A stretch of DNA of 64,000 bases from a virus. Its lineage: Duplodnaviria > Caudoviricetes. The position numbers and the translations under genes are program-made. Location: the IMG/VR virus record IMGVR_UViG_3300014059_000008, positions 1-64,000 of that record; one strand, 5' to 3'. Shown one piece after another: positions 45,192 through 54,378 of the stretch; the first letter of the stretch is position 1; every line of letters starts with the position of its first letter. Under the pieces are notes generated by a model, which worked only from the letters and a program-made list of their open reading frames with translations, searched no databases and was not told the DNA's origin.

Positions 45192-45907
45192 AAGTCAGTG
45201 CTAGTACCGAATGCCGTGGCAAGTCTGCGGGCTAGCTCTGGCGCTAGTGATTGCGTCCCAGCGACAATCTTGTCAATCAGCTCTGGGACCACGTTCATCC
45301 GGGTCGCTAGATCTGCATGCGACCAACCACGCGCAGCTAGCTCCTCTTTGACCGTATCGCCCACAATGGACTCTTGCTTCTGCGCTGGTCTGCAATTCCC
45401 ATCTTTCCTGCGGTGCTCGCGCAGTTCCTCTAGCAGCGGGCGCAGCCACTTCCACTCCCCAGCAGTGAAAGATAGGTCTTCGCCAAAGTATCCGCGTCCC
45501 TGTCCTTTGATGGTTTGCTTGCTGAAGTCTTTGCTTGCAAGGTACGCGCTGACACCTGGGTCGCTTCCATGCAGCTGCGCGCCAAACTCTGCTAGCAGCT
45601 CACGCTCTGCCTTCATGCGCTCTACGATGCGCTTGTCTTCTGGGTCTTGCCCAGATGGCGGCATCTGCAGCTGAACGTCTACGCCTTGCTGATCGGTTGC
45701 CATGACAATCCGAAATTGCACATCGCGTAGCGCATTGATTGCCGCCTGCATTTCATCAATCGTCGAGAAGTATTTCGCTTCCTGCAGGATTGGTTGAGTA
45801 CCGCTGCCGGGTGGAGGAACGGGCTGCTGAATCTCAATCAACAGCCTGAACTTTGCTTCTGGATGCGCTGCGAATCGACAAGCTAGCCAGTCTAATTTCG
45901 GCTGCAT
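45152..45907 (-). CDS. Protein with C-terminal HigA/VapI antitoxin-type HTH domain
   Basis: GDTVKEELAARGWSHADLATRM...LARRLATAFGTSTDFWMNLE. Confidence 0.75.
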   Translation of the reverse strand: MQPKLDWLACRFAAHPEAKFRLLIEIQQPVPPPGSGTQPILQEAKYFSTIDEMQAAINALRDVQFRIVMATDQQGVDVQLQMPPSGQDPEDKRIVERMKAERELLAEFGAQLHGSDPGVSAYLASKDFSKQTIKGQGRGYFGEDLSFTAGEWKWLRPLLEELREHRRKDGNCRPAQKQESIVGDTVKEELAARGWSHADLATRMNVVPELIDKIVAGTQSLAPELARRLATAFGTSTDFWMNLEACRRSSK

Positions 45908-46191
45908 TACTTCGGCTCCCACGGCGACACCACGACCGAAGTTTCTACCTCACCGCTTGCGTTCTTCCTCTTGGTCACGCTGACTACCAGCACATACTCA
46001 GGGCATGGGATGGCCTTCCATGTGGCCAGCTTGGCGTCGAACTCTTCCTCTGACATGCCATTGATATCGATCTCTTCCACTTCGTCGGGCCGTGGCACGT
46101 TTCCGACCTTAAAGTGTCCCCAGGTGTTTTTTACAACCTGCCCCACTCTGATGTCTCGATAGCCGTCATAGATCTCGATAGCTGTTTGCAT
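45907..46191 (-). CDS. Hypothetical protein
   Basis: AGGAG RBS before MQTAIE. Confidence 0.55.
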   Translation of the reverse strand: MQTAIEIYDGYRDIRVGQVVKNTWGHFKVGNVPRPDEVEEIDINGMSEEEFDAKLATWKAIPCPEYVLVVSVTKRKNASGEVETSVVVSPWEPK

Positions 46192-46238
46192 CGCCTGTAC
46201 TCCTAGCCCCACATGAGCGGGGCTTGCCGGTATATGGT

Positions 46239-46412
46239 TTATTGCTTTGCCTGCTCCTGGTTGCTTTTCATTTCAACCCAGTGGTGGACATCTGGGCACG
46301 TTGCATTCATGTGCTTAGCCCACGCATCTGCCACATTAATTGCAACCCACTCGCCATGCCCTTGGTCGCCGGTTTTTCTGGTAATCCACGCCACTCTAGC
46401 CATCATATCCAT
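46239..46412 (-). CDS. 57-aa protein flanked by repeated hairpin (below ORF-track cut-off)
   Basis: MDMMARVAWITRKTGDQGHGEW...HHWVE; GAGG RBS. Confidence 0.55.
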   Translation of the reverse strand: MDMMARVAWITRKTGDQGHGEWVAINVADAWAKHMNATCPDVHHWVEMKSNQEQAKQ

Positions 46413-46454
46413 GTCCTCTGTCTTTAAGCCCGCGTTACCGGGGCTTGCCGGTTG

Positions 46455-47051
46455 TTAACGCTTAATTTTGCTAGCTGCGCCCCATGCGGTAGCGCTTTTC
46501 CAAAATGTCGGCGCGTCGTAGTACTTAGTGACCAAGTGGTCCGCCAGCATCTCCAGGGTCTTGTGGACTGGTATCCCAAGCCGGTTCAGATGAAACCGCG
46601 TAAGCCCTCCGCGCTGTGGTAGCGCACCCGGTTCTGGCATTCCGATCACCAGCGCCCGCATGGCATCCTCATCGGTGCCGATAGCTTGGTACTCGCCAAG
46701 AGCCATTCCTAGCTCTAGCCGCGTGTCAAACCCCGGTCTGCTGTTTGGGTCGGTCTTCTCGCCAATGGCGTAGTCCAACCAGAAGACCTGGACCGAGCAC
46801 CGGCTGATTTGCTTGTGCTCCCATGCCGCCGGGTCAAAGTCCGGGTACTGCTCCCGCCCTTGCGCATGAGTTAGACCAGACCCGAACTCGGGAACGCCAA
46901 TGATGACATCTTTATCGCCTAGCCATGGCCGGACTAGCTCGATAAGCTGCTCCCGCCATGGGGAGATCTGAGAGCCATTCTGCGGGCCTGGGGATGGGCC
47001 ACAGAGCATGATGTCGCAAGTCCTAGGGTCGCGGTAGTTGGCAATGATCAT
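46455..47051 (-). CDS. Nucleoside 2-deoxyribosyltransferase-like protein
   Basis: IMLCGPSP, PWRE, AWEHKQI..C.VQVFW, PGFDTRLELG. Confidence 0.7.
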   Translation of the reverse strand: MIIANYRDPRTCDIMLCGPSPGPQNGSQISPWREQLIELVRPWLGDKDVIIGVPEFGSGLTHAQGREQYPDFDPAAWEHKQISRCSVQVFWLDYAIGEKTDPNSRPGFDTRLELGMALGEYQAIGTDEDAMRALVIGMPEPGALPQRGGLTRFHLNRLGIPVHKTLEMLADHLVTKYYDAPTFWKSATAWGAASKIKR

Positions 47052-47187
47052 GGCGGCTGTCCTTTGTTTTGGGGCACGTCGTGTGCCGATGTCCAAGACA
47101 ACTACCGCGACTTTTTGCGCATGTCTACAAAAATGTTACAGAACCCGCGATTTATTTCATCCGTACGTTAAGTCACGCCGGGAACCG

Positions 47188-48795
47188 CTAGCGAATGGCC
47201 CTGCTATACCACTCCTCGGTTTGCATCATCATCCCGCCCGGCATCTCTGCGGCGTGCTGGGAAAGCATGAGCGCCCATGCTGTATCTCCATGTCCACCGT
47301 CTTTGGTGGTGTCTCGCTTCATCTGAAACAGGGGCTTTGACCCGTCGCGGGACACGATTCTGTGCAGGTTTAGAAGGCCACGTATCAGCTCGGCATTGTC
47401 GGGGATTCGCTGCTTACCAGCCTCGAACAGACGCTTGCACCGGGTAGCCATGACTTCTTTTGACTGGATATTGAAATCGACAGCCATAACCCTCTCTCTG
47501 AACTCGGACACGAGCCGTTTGGCCATGTCTCGACCGATGCCGGTAGCGTCTACTGCTGCACGCTGCACGTTGTGCGTATTCAGCTCTTGGCGCACCCACT
47601 CTTCCTGCGTCGCAAAGCTAACACCGCGCCCCGTCTGCACGGTTTCATCCATCCAGTAGTTCTGGTCCTTGCCGATGACATATCCGTCGGGCGCATACCC
47701 AAGCCTGTAGTTTCTGACCAGGGCGCATGGATCAGCGCCAGATCTCGACGACTCTGCTACGTCGAGCCCCGAGAATGCCGCACATGCAGACCGATACCTA
47801 GCCAGCTCATCGCGCAGCTGGTAAGGCCCATAGGTCGCCTTGTCGATTACCTCTCGCGGGATGTACCGCGACGACGACGAGTTAAAGTTGCAGCAGTACT
47901 CTTCGTCAAAGATCTCCTGAAGACCGCACTCAGACCGGATCGCCTCGATTGCCGCCAGCTTGTCTTCTTCGGATGAGCCAGCCGGTGCGCCTTTGAGCGG
48001 GAAGCCATCACGCACAGCCTGATAGATGTCGACCCGGTGTCGAGAGAAGTTCTTGCCAGCATCAGTCATGCTCAGCTCAAAGAACATGGTGTCGTCGCCG
48101 CACGGGGTGCCGATCACTTCGATGGTGAAGCCTTCCGGGTAGCCAAGTGTCGCCATGGACACCGGCTTTGCAGCTGCCCAGATCTGCGCGGCGTACGGCA
48201 TAACGCCAAACTCGTCGAGGATGACATGGCCCTCGAAGCTGCGGATCGTGCGCGGGTTTGCAGCGAATGCTCTCAGCTCTGCCCCATTGGCCAGCCTTAC
48301 CCGGTCCGCTGATGGGTCGCCGAAAATCAAGTCGTCCTGATGTCGAGTGACTTTCTTGCGCTTGGTCTTTGAGTGGATGTGCGCAGTGTGGGCCGGTATG
48401 CCTTTCAGCTCGTCGCAGATGGCCTCTATGACCTCGGGCGTGAGCGGCAAACCGTGGCGCTTAGCGATGTCAATGGCTCTGTCGATGTCGTCCGGGATGC
48501 GGTCCCACCTCTGCACATGCTCGGCACAGCGGCGCAGCATGTCGCGGGCCTGACGGTGACTGGCGCTGATAATGTTGACCGTTGCCCCGGTGGATGGGTC
48601 AAGTCTGCCAGTGCATACGTCATAGCCGACAGCCTTACAGGCCCCGCTGAAGGTCGCGACCTCGGAGCCACCGATACGCCGCGACTTGACCATGATCTTC
48701 AGTCGCGACCTATCAGCCAGCCACCGCCGCTGGTACGCCACAAACGCCAGCGACGCCTTCTTGATCGACCCCGGAATATCACCCAGACCTGCCAC
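47188..48795 (-). CDS. terL: Terminase large subunit (Mu gp28-like)
   Basis: YQRRWLADRSRLKIMVKSRRIGGS, GHVILDEFG, GTPCG, EEYCCNF, GLDVA, VDATGIG, HGDTAWALML. Confidence 0.93.
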   Translation of the reverse strand: MAGLGDIPGSIKKASLAFVAYQRRWLADRSRLKIMVKSRRIGGSEVATFSGACKAVGYDVCTGRLDPSTGATVNIISASHRQARDMLRRCAEHVQRWDRIPDDIDRAIDIAKRHGLPLTPEVIEAICDELKGIPAHTAHIHSKTKRKKVTRHQDDLIFGDPSADRVRLANGAELRAFAANPRTIRSFEGHVILDEFGVMPYAAQIWAAAKPVSMATLGYPEGFTIEVIGTPCGDDTMFFELSMTDAGKNFSRHRVDIYQAVRDGFPLKGAPAGSSEEDKLAAIEAIRSECGLQEIFDEEYCCNFNSSSSRYIPREVIDKATYGPYQLRDELARYRSACAAFSGLDVAESSRSGADPCALVRNYRLGYAPDGYVIGKDQNYWMDETVQTGRGVSFATQEEWVRQELNTHNVQRAAVDATGIGRDMAKRLVSEFRERVMAVDFNIQSKEVMATRCKRLFEAGKQRIPDNAELIRGLLNLHRIVSRDGSKPLFQMKRDTTKDGGHGDTAWALMLSQHAAEMPGGMMMQTEEWYSRAIR

Positions 48796-48800
48796 TATGG

Positions 48801-49583
48801 TTACTTCTTACTGGCCGTCTGCAGGTTTGCAAAGTCATCTATTGCCGGGATTATGTTGCCCTTTGAGTCACGTCGCTCGATGGGGTCTACCGGGCCACCG
48901 GGGAAGTGCATGCCGGTGACAAGGCGAGAGCGCACGGACTTTACCAGCTCGGCCTCCGCTTCTGGGCGCGGTCCGTCGTCATCTGCAAAGTTCTCGGCGA
49001 TGACACTAGTGGCCGCGATGACCGCTTGCGCAGCACCGGGCTTGCCTGACATCGCCTGATGCAGCGCCATAAGCCGGGCCGCGTTTGCAAACTGGTAGTC
49101 CTGGCTATTCTGCCTTCTCGGGTCTGGCGGCAGAGACTGGATGTTGTTGATGAGGTTCATCACAGCCGCTGGGGTGTTCTCGGTGAATCCACACAGGCGA
49201 GCTAGCGACATGAGGATGGTCGATGCTCCCGTGGGGTTCCCCTGCCCAAGTGCCGCCCGGTAGCACTGCAGGAACATGGCCACGATCTGCTCTTTGCTGA
49301 CCGTCGAGCATGACCGGAATTGGTCAAGCCCGCGATCCATCATTGCGTTGGCCATCTTCATGGGCAGCTTGCGGTGGATAAAGCACGGCTTAGGGCACGC
49401 CTTGACGCCAGCAATGCGGTCTTCTACGTCGTGATCCCGCATGAGCTTGGCCCGTATCTCACGCCCGTCGTAGCCCTGAGCAAGATGCTCCTCAATGGCT
49501 AGCAGGGTTTGATCGTCAAGCTGCTCTGCGGTCCACCCCTCTGAATGATCGTCAGCGGGTGCCGGTTCTCTTTTTTTGGCCAT
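48801..49583 (-). CDS. Putative terminase small subunit
   Basis: Directly upstream of terL; N-terminal HTH-like segment and helical core. Confidence 0.5.
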   Translation of the reverse strand: MAKKREPAPADDHSEGWTAEQLDDQTLLAIEEHLAQGYDGREIRAKLMRDHDVEDRIAGVKACPKPCFIHRKLPMKMANAMMDRGLDQFRSCSTVSKEQIVAMFLQCYRAALGQGNPTGASTILMSLARLCGFTENTPAAVMNLINNIQSLPPDPRRQNSQDYQFANAARLMALHQAMSGKPGAAQAVIAATSVIAENFADDDGPRPEAEAELVKSVRSRLVTGMHFPGGPVDPIERRDSKGNIIPAIDDFANLQTASKK

Positions 49584-49602
49584 GGGTCACGCAGCCTTCG
49601 CG

Positions 49603-50217
49603 TTACCTCTGCCTGCTGAGTAGATCCAGCGCTGAGCCGTACTGTGGGCTTCCAGTCGAGAGTGTGCCCGCGCAGTAGATGGACACACCGTCGTCAAACT
49701 GGTTCTTGCCGCAGATGCAGTGGTGCCGGGTCGCAATCTTGACCATCACCCCTTGCGCCTCGACGTGGGCAATCAGCGCATCAGCTACCGAGCGCGCGAT
49801 GCTTTCCGGCGTAGTCAGCCGTCGAGCAAACATCTTGACCAGCCGGTTCATGTTTCCAACGGGTACGGTCCGCCGGTCGCCAGTCCCCAGGTGCTTGGGG
49901 ATGTACGCAATCTTGACCGCCACGCTCATCGGCTGCAGGTGCTCGGCGCAAGTGCTAGCAGATCCCAGGCTTCTGACGGTGACAATGTTCGACGTTGGCA
50001 GCGACACTCGGTATGGGCTCGTGCATTCCGTGGTATGCGCCAAAACATCGGCGGCATTTTGGAAGTAACCTTCGGTAGCCCGTAAATGCGATTGTGCTGC
50101 GTTCTGAGCCGTGTCTAAAACGAGCCGTTCCCGCTCCTCTGGTGGGATTCCAAGCTCGTCTAGCAGGCTTTCTAGGATTGTTCTAATGCGGTTCTCGTCT
50201 CTCATGTGTGCCTCCAA
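49603..50217 (-). CDS. folE: GTP cyclohydrolase I-like protein (divergent)
   Basis: STCAEHLQP..IAYIP..RLVKMFARRL..E.IARSVADAL..GVMVKIATRHHC. Confidence 0.75.
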   Translation of the reverse strand: MEAHMRDENRIRTILESLLDELGIPPEERERLVLDTAQNAAQSHLRATEGYFQNAADVLAHTTECTSPYRVSLPTSNIVTVRSLGSASTCAEHLQPMSVAVKIAYIPKHLGTGDRRTVPVGNMNRLVKMFARRLTTPESIARSVADALIAHVEAQGVMVKIATRHHCICGKNQFDDGVSIYCAGTLSTGSPQYGSALDLLSRQR

Positions 50218-50512
50218 TGTGGCAATGAGAGCTTAACGAGATATAAAAACTTGCGCTATCTCAAAATGTAGTCGATTGATGGATGGGTAATCGGATTACT
50301 TCAGGTGTTCGCGCAGCAGCTGCTTAGACACGGTGCGGTCGGTAATCCACATCAGCCGCCTGAGTGCGTCCGCGATTGAGTCAAAGTAGGCGCGCTGCTT
50401 TCCGGTCCAGCAGATGCAGTGCGCCTTGGGGTCGATGTGGATTTTTACAAGCATGGCACTCGATGCAACGCGGCAACCGCATCGAACTCCTCTTCTGTGA
50501 ATACGACTGGCA

Positions 50513-50869
50513 TCAGTCCATCTCTTGCCCAAGGCTCATGACCACTTCGCGCTCAGTGACCACGCCGTTATGGACTCGCAGCCCTGTTAGACTGTCGCCG
50601 CCTTCCCAGATTACCAGCAGGTCTGCGCTCCCTTGCGTGTACGACAACGCGCGAAACAGAGCCTCCTCATCGTTTGCGCATTCCCCGCACCACTCGACTT
50701 GCCCGATCTGGAACACATCAAACGCCTGGTTTAGCTGCTTAATGTCGTCGATAAAGCATCGCGCGGGCATCTTGCCGCGTAGCTCAGTCGATGCCTTGGC
50801 TAAGTCAGCGGCGTTTATTGTGAGCTTTTCGGTGCCGATGTATTTGATGCTGGTGATGTTGTACGCCAT
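50513..50869 (-). CDS. Hypothetical phage protein
   Basis: GGCAGGAG RBS; VIWEGGDSLTGLRV. Confidence 0.6.
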   Translation of the reverse strand: MAYNITSIKYIGTEKLTINAADLAKASTELRGKMPARCFIDDIKQLNQAFDVFQIGQVEWCGECANDEEALFRALSYTQGSADLLVIWEGGDSLTGLRVHNGVVTEREVVMSLGQEMD

Positions 50870-50882
50870 GGTCCGCTCCTGC

Positions 50883-51083
50883 CTATGTGTTGCGTCCGTA
50901 AATCAGCGGCTTAAGTCGAGCCCGTTGTTTGGCTTTATCGTCTTCCGTAACAGATCTGCCACTTAGCAATGCAGCCACGGTTTCAGAGACGACCAAGTAT
51001 CCGTCCCGCGCTGCAGCTGCAATGCCTCTCAGCTCCGTGCGCTTCCTGGTGATGCAGATGCGATACGGGTTTCCTGAACTCAT
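50883..51083 (-). CDS. Small hypothetical protein
   Basis: ATGA-coupled. Confidence 0.45.
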   Translation of the reverse strand: MSSGNPYRICITRKRTELRGIAAAARDGYLVVSETVAALLSGRSVTEDDKAKQRARLKPLIYGRNT

Positions 51084-51376
51084 AGCTCACTGCTGCCATT
51101 TTCGATGACGTATTTCAGATACCCAGTATGGTTGACACCAAATGCAGCATCACTCATGGACCGCCGCGCTGCTTCATTGGCTTCCCATACTACTTGGGCC
51201 AGTTCTTTTGTGATCGTCAGACCGCCATGTATGGCATTTCCTAGCGCAGACCGCGCTGGCTTACTCATGAATTGCAGGTATCCATCGTCGCGCACACAGT
51301 CTAGCGTAAACAGGTAGGTCTTCCCGCCGTTGGGGTAGGTGAAAACAATCTTGTCGCCCGGCTTCCATTCTTTCAT
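51080..51376 (-). CDS. Hypothetical protein
   Basis: Probable start MKEWKP with AAGGA RBS. Confidence 0.5.
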   Translation of the reverse strand: MKEWKPGDKIVFTYPNGGKTYLFTLDCVRDDGYLQFMSKPARSALGNAIHGGLTITKELAQVVWEANEAARRSMSDAAFGVNHTGYLKYVIENGSSEL

Positions 51377-51544
51377 CGTCGTGTCCTTTTCCTTGGTGTG
51401 GCTATTTTCTGCGAAGACTTTTGATAAGCGCCGCCATGCCTTTGGCTGCTGGTGACTCGCGGATAATCTGCGATGCGCCAACTACTACGGCATCGACTCC
51501 GCGCAGCATGGCGCGCTTGCGGCTGCGCTTGATTCTAGTCTTGG

Positions 51545-51976
51545 TCACTTCTGCACGCCCTCCCAGAACCACACCCAGCGCCCGTGTTGCTCGCCGTAGA
51601 TCATGACCGTTGGCTGCCATGACGCGCATACCATCCTCCATTCCGCTGGCGTCTCAGGCTCAACGGGCATCGTTATCGCAGTGTCTGGACTGTTCACGCC
51701 TACTTGGTGGCTGTAGGTGACTTGGCGCAGCAGCTTTGGCGCTTCGTGTATCTGGTCTGCAATCTTGATTGCTTCGGCTTTTACTTCCGCCCACGTCTTT
51801 CCGTGTGGCCTAAAATGCCGCGCCTGTGCTTTGAACAAATCGCAAGCATCGTACATGCCTCCGTTGAGCCCTTCCCACTCGCCGTGCGCTTTTAGAAACT
51901 CAGGCCAGATGAACGATTTGTTCACGCCTAGGTTTTCTCGGTCGTGCTTCTCTGCGTCAAATTCTCTGAAGCTCAT
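51545..51976 (-). CDS. Hypothetical protein
   Basis: ATGA-coupled. Confidence 0.55.
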   Translation of the reverse strand: MSFREFDAEKHDRENLGVNKSFIWPEFLKAHGEWEGLNGGMYDACDLFKAQARHFRPHGKTWAEVKAEAIKIADQIHEAPKLLRQVTYSHQVGVNSPDTAITMPVEPETPAEWRMVCASWQPTVMIYGEQHGRWVWFWEGVQK

Positions 51977-52449
51977 GCTTCACCAGTTCCCTTGCGCGGC
52001 CCACTCTGCCCCAACTTGTCCAGCTGCAGCCCCTGAGTTATCGCAGCCCAGAAGATATCTGCCGGGCATGCGCCTTGTCTGCGCTCTTTGATGTAGTTGA
52101 CCGCCTCAACCAAACTCATCCCAACGTAGCGACACAGGTACGCAGCCACCAAAGCAACCGAGCGACTTTGACCGACACCGCAGTGAACTAGGACGCATCC
52201 TTTGGCGATATGCTCGGCGATGAATGCAAATGCTGCATCTAGGTGTTTCTCTAGTCCTTTCTCGCCGTCTCGCAGGTCAATCATGTGGACCGGAACGCCA
52301 GCGGGTACTGCGGGCGCTCCATACTGCTCGTCCCATGGAGCAGTGGCGAGAAGAGAGACAACAGCGCAGAAGCCTTCCGTTGCCCTGGATGCGACATCTC
52401 CAATGGCTAGGCGGTCAGTGATGAAGCTGTAGTCGCCGGGCATGATCAA
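51973..52449 (-). CDS. Dual-specificity protein phosphatase
   Basis: VLVHCGVGQSRS (CX5R), upstream DLRD acid loop, AYL...EAVNYIKERR. Confidence 0.9.
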   Translation of the reverse strand: MIMPGDYSFITDRLAIGDVASRATEGFCAVVSLLATAPWDEQYGAPAVPAGVPVHMIDLRDGEKGLEKHLDAAFAFIAEHIAKGCVLVHCGVGQSRSVALVAAYLCRYVGMSLVEAVNYIKERRQGACPADIFWAAITQGLQLDKLGQSGPRKGTGEA

Positions 52450-52658
52450 TTCATCCCCGTTGTTTTCACAGACCCGGCATATTTCAGATCGAACATTGTG
52501 TTCTCTCCGGGCACCTTCACTACATCGAACCGGTGATTCAACTCTACATCGGCAACGATGATCTCGCTCGGTACGCTTCCATTCTCAAGCTCAGTCAGCA
52601 GCTTGTTTATTGCGCGCACCATAATAACTGGCAGCATCTTTTGCTCGGCCTCGGTCAC
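52446..52658 (-). CDS. Small hypothetical protein
   Basis: Overlap-coupled ORF. Confidence 0.45.
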   Translation of the reverse strand: MTEAEQKMLPVIMVRAINKLLTELENGSVPSEIIVADVELNHRFDVVKVPGENTMFDLKYAGSVKTTGMN

Positions 52659-53353
52659 TTAGCACCGTCCTTTGCTGCAATCTTCGCCAGCTTTGCCTCA
52701 GCTTGTGCCATGGCATCCATGAGCGTTGCAGCTTCGCCCATGCGACCTTGTGCCCACCACCCCCAGCCTTCGTGCCCGGTTTCTGGGCATGGCATTGTGG
52801 TGTAAACCACGTACGCCTGCACGTCTGCATCCTCATGTTTCTTGTCGCCCCAGATCCACTTGCCTTCGACTAGGCACATGGGGATGGGGTTGAGGCCATC
52901 GCAATAGCACGATGGATCGAATACGATATTTTTGCGCGCCCAAGCCAGCACAGCTGATGCGTCAATTTGCCCGTCTTTGTCTGCCGTTGGGAATGGTTCG
53001 CTGTCTTTGATGATGCTTGCCTGAGCATCGGAGACAACATCTGCGAGTCTAACGTCAACCAGCTCCCAGCAATCGGCCTCGCCCATTGGTGGGCTGTCGT
53101 CGCAGCCAAAGTCGATGATGTCTTGTTCATCAATCAGCTGGTCAACTTCGATGGTGCGCATTTCACCGACGCGCATCTTGCGAACAAAGTCCGCGATATT
53201 CTCCCGCACTGCATCGTCAGAATGCCCGTGATTCTGTGCGATGAGCTTTTCACCAGCAGCAAACTCCGCGATAGCTTCATTTATCAAAGCATACGCATCG
53301 TCTGACGTTTCTTGGACGCATTCACCGTCTTGATACCACCCGTATTTTTCCAT
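52655..53353 (-). CDS. Acidic hypothetical protein
   Basis: Probable start MEKYGW coupled (TGATG) to ATPase stop. Confidence 0.55.
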   Translation of the reverse strand: MEKYGWYQDGECVQETSDDAYALINEAIAEFAAGEKLIAQNHGHSDDAVRENIADFVRKMRVGEMRTIEVDQLIDEQDIIDFGCDDSPPMGEADCWELVDVRLADVVSDAQASIIKDSEPFPTADKDGQIDASAVLAWARKNIVFDPSCYCDGLNPIPMCLVEGKWIWGDKKHEDADVQAYVVYTTMPCPETGHEGWGWWAQGRMGEAATLMDAMAQAEAKLAKIAAKDGAK

Positions 53354-54378
53354 CAGCTCACATCCATCCTTCCGCCTATAGCCCCAGATTCCCACGCATG
53401 CCCGAGTGAATAGTCTTTCAGCCAGTGCTCTAGTGGTTCTTGCTCTACGCGATTTAGCTCCGTGTAATCAAATGGACGCTCCACTACTACGACATCTTCC
53501 GGCGTCTCTGAGAACTCGCTCACCATGCCAGGGTTGTTTGTGGTCATGACAATCTGGCAGTACTCGGATGCGCGCTTGATCACATCGGCCAGACGGTGAA
53601 GCATGTCCGGGTGAAGTCCGGCGTCTGGTTCCTCTAGTAGCAGGATGCCTGGGTTTTTACGCCACAGAGGCCCCATAAGAAACGCCAGCAACCCAAGGTA
53701 GGTGCGCATGCCTGAAGACAAGTTCTTTGTCAGCACTAAACGTCCGCTTTTCTCCCTCAGTCCTACCGTCGGAAGGTGAGCCAATGTATTGACGATCTCA
53801 AACCCTCGGAAGTCGCCGTACATGGCCTTGAACTCGTGCGTAATCTGCTCTGTCAACATCTTGTCGCCGCCATGCACTGCAGCTGCAAAATACGTCTGCC
53901 CTGCCCTGTTGAACTTGTGAATGTCGAGCATGCAGCGCATCTCGTCGCGCACTTCGTAGGCCATTTCCTTGCGAGCGATTCCAGATACACCGTGGAACTC
54001 GTAGGACAATTTCCGCTGGCCTTCGGTCTTCGTGATCTTCTCGCTCTCTAAGTAACCCTGCCTACGCTGCTGCATCTGGTGAGCAATGACGATCTCGCAC
54101 TCTGACTTAGACTCATCGCTTACTGTGTCACCTTCCATCAGCGCATGGACTTTGATGTCTGGATTCTGAACATCGCGCGCCCATTCGTCGTCGTACAGGA
54201 ACGGCATCTCATGGCTGCGCCCATTGGCGAAGATGTTGAGCATTTCCAGCGCCATCAGCACAGTGCTTTTGCCTGCCCCATGCGGGCCTATCAGCACAGT
54301 GCGGGGCTTTAGGTCTAGCGTGACCGGGGTTGGTCCGAAGCTGCGCAGACCGCTAATCGTTATCGACTTGATTCTCAT
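53353..54378 (-). CDS. ABC-type/AAA_21 ATPase (SMC/AbiEii-like clan)
   Basis: GLRSF, GPHGAGKS, LSSG, LLLEEPDAGLHP, TTNNP, SLGHAWESGAIGG. Confidence 0.85.
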   Translation of the reverse strand: MRIKSITISGLRSFGPTPVTLDLKPRTVLIGPHGAGKSTVLMALEMLNIFANGRSHEMPFLYDDEWARDVQNPDIKVHALMEGDTVSDESKSECEIVIAHQMQQRRQGYLESEKITKTEGQRKLSYEFHGVSGIARKEMAYEVRDEMRCMLDIHKFNRAGQTYFAAAVHGGDKMLTEQITHEFKAMYGDFRGFEIVNTLAHLPTVGLREKSGRLVLTKNLSSGMRTYLGLLAFLMGPLWRKNPGILLLEEPDAGLHPDMLHRLADVIKRASEYCQIVMTTNNPGMVSEFSETPEDVVVVERPFDYTELNRVEQEPLEHWLKDYSLGHAWESGAIGGRMDVS

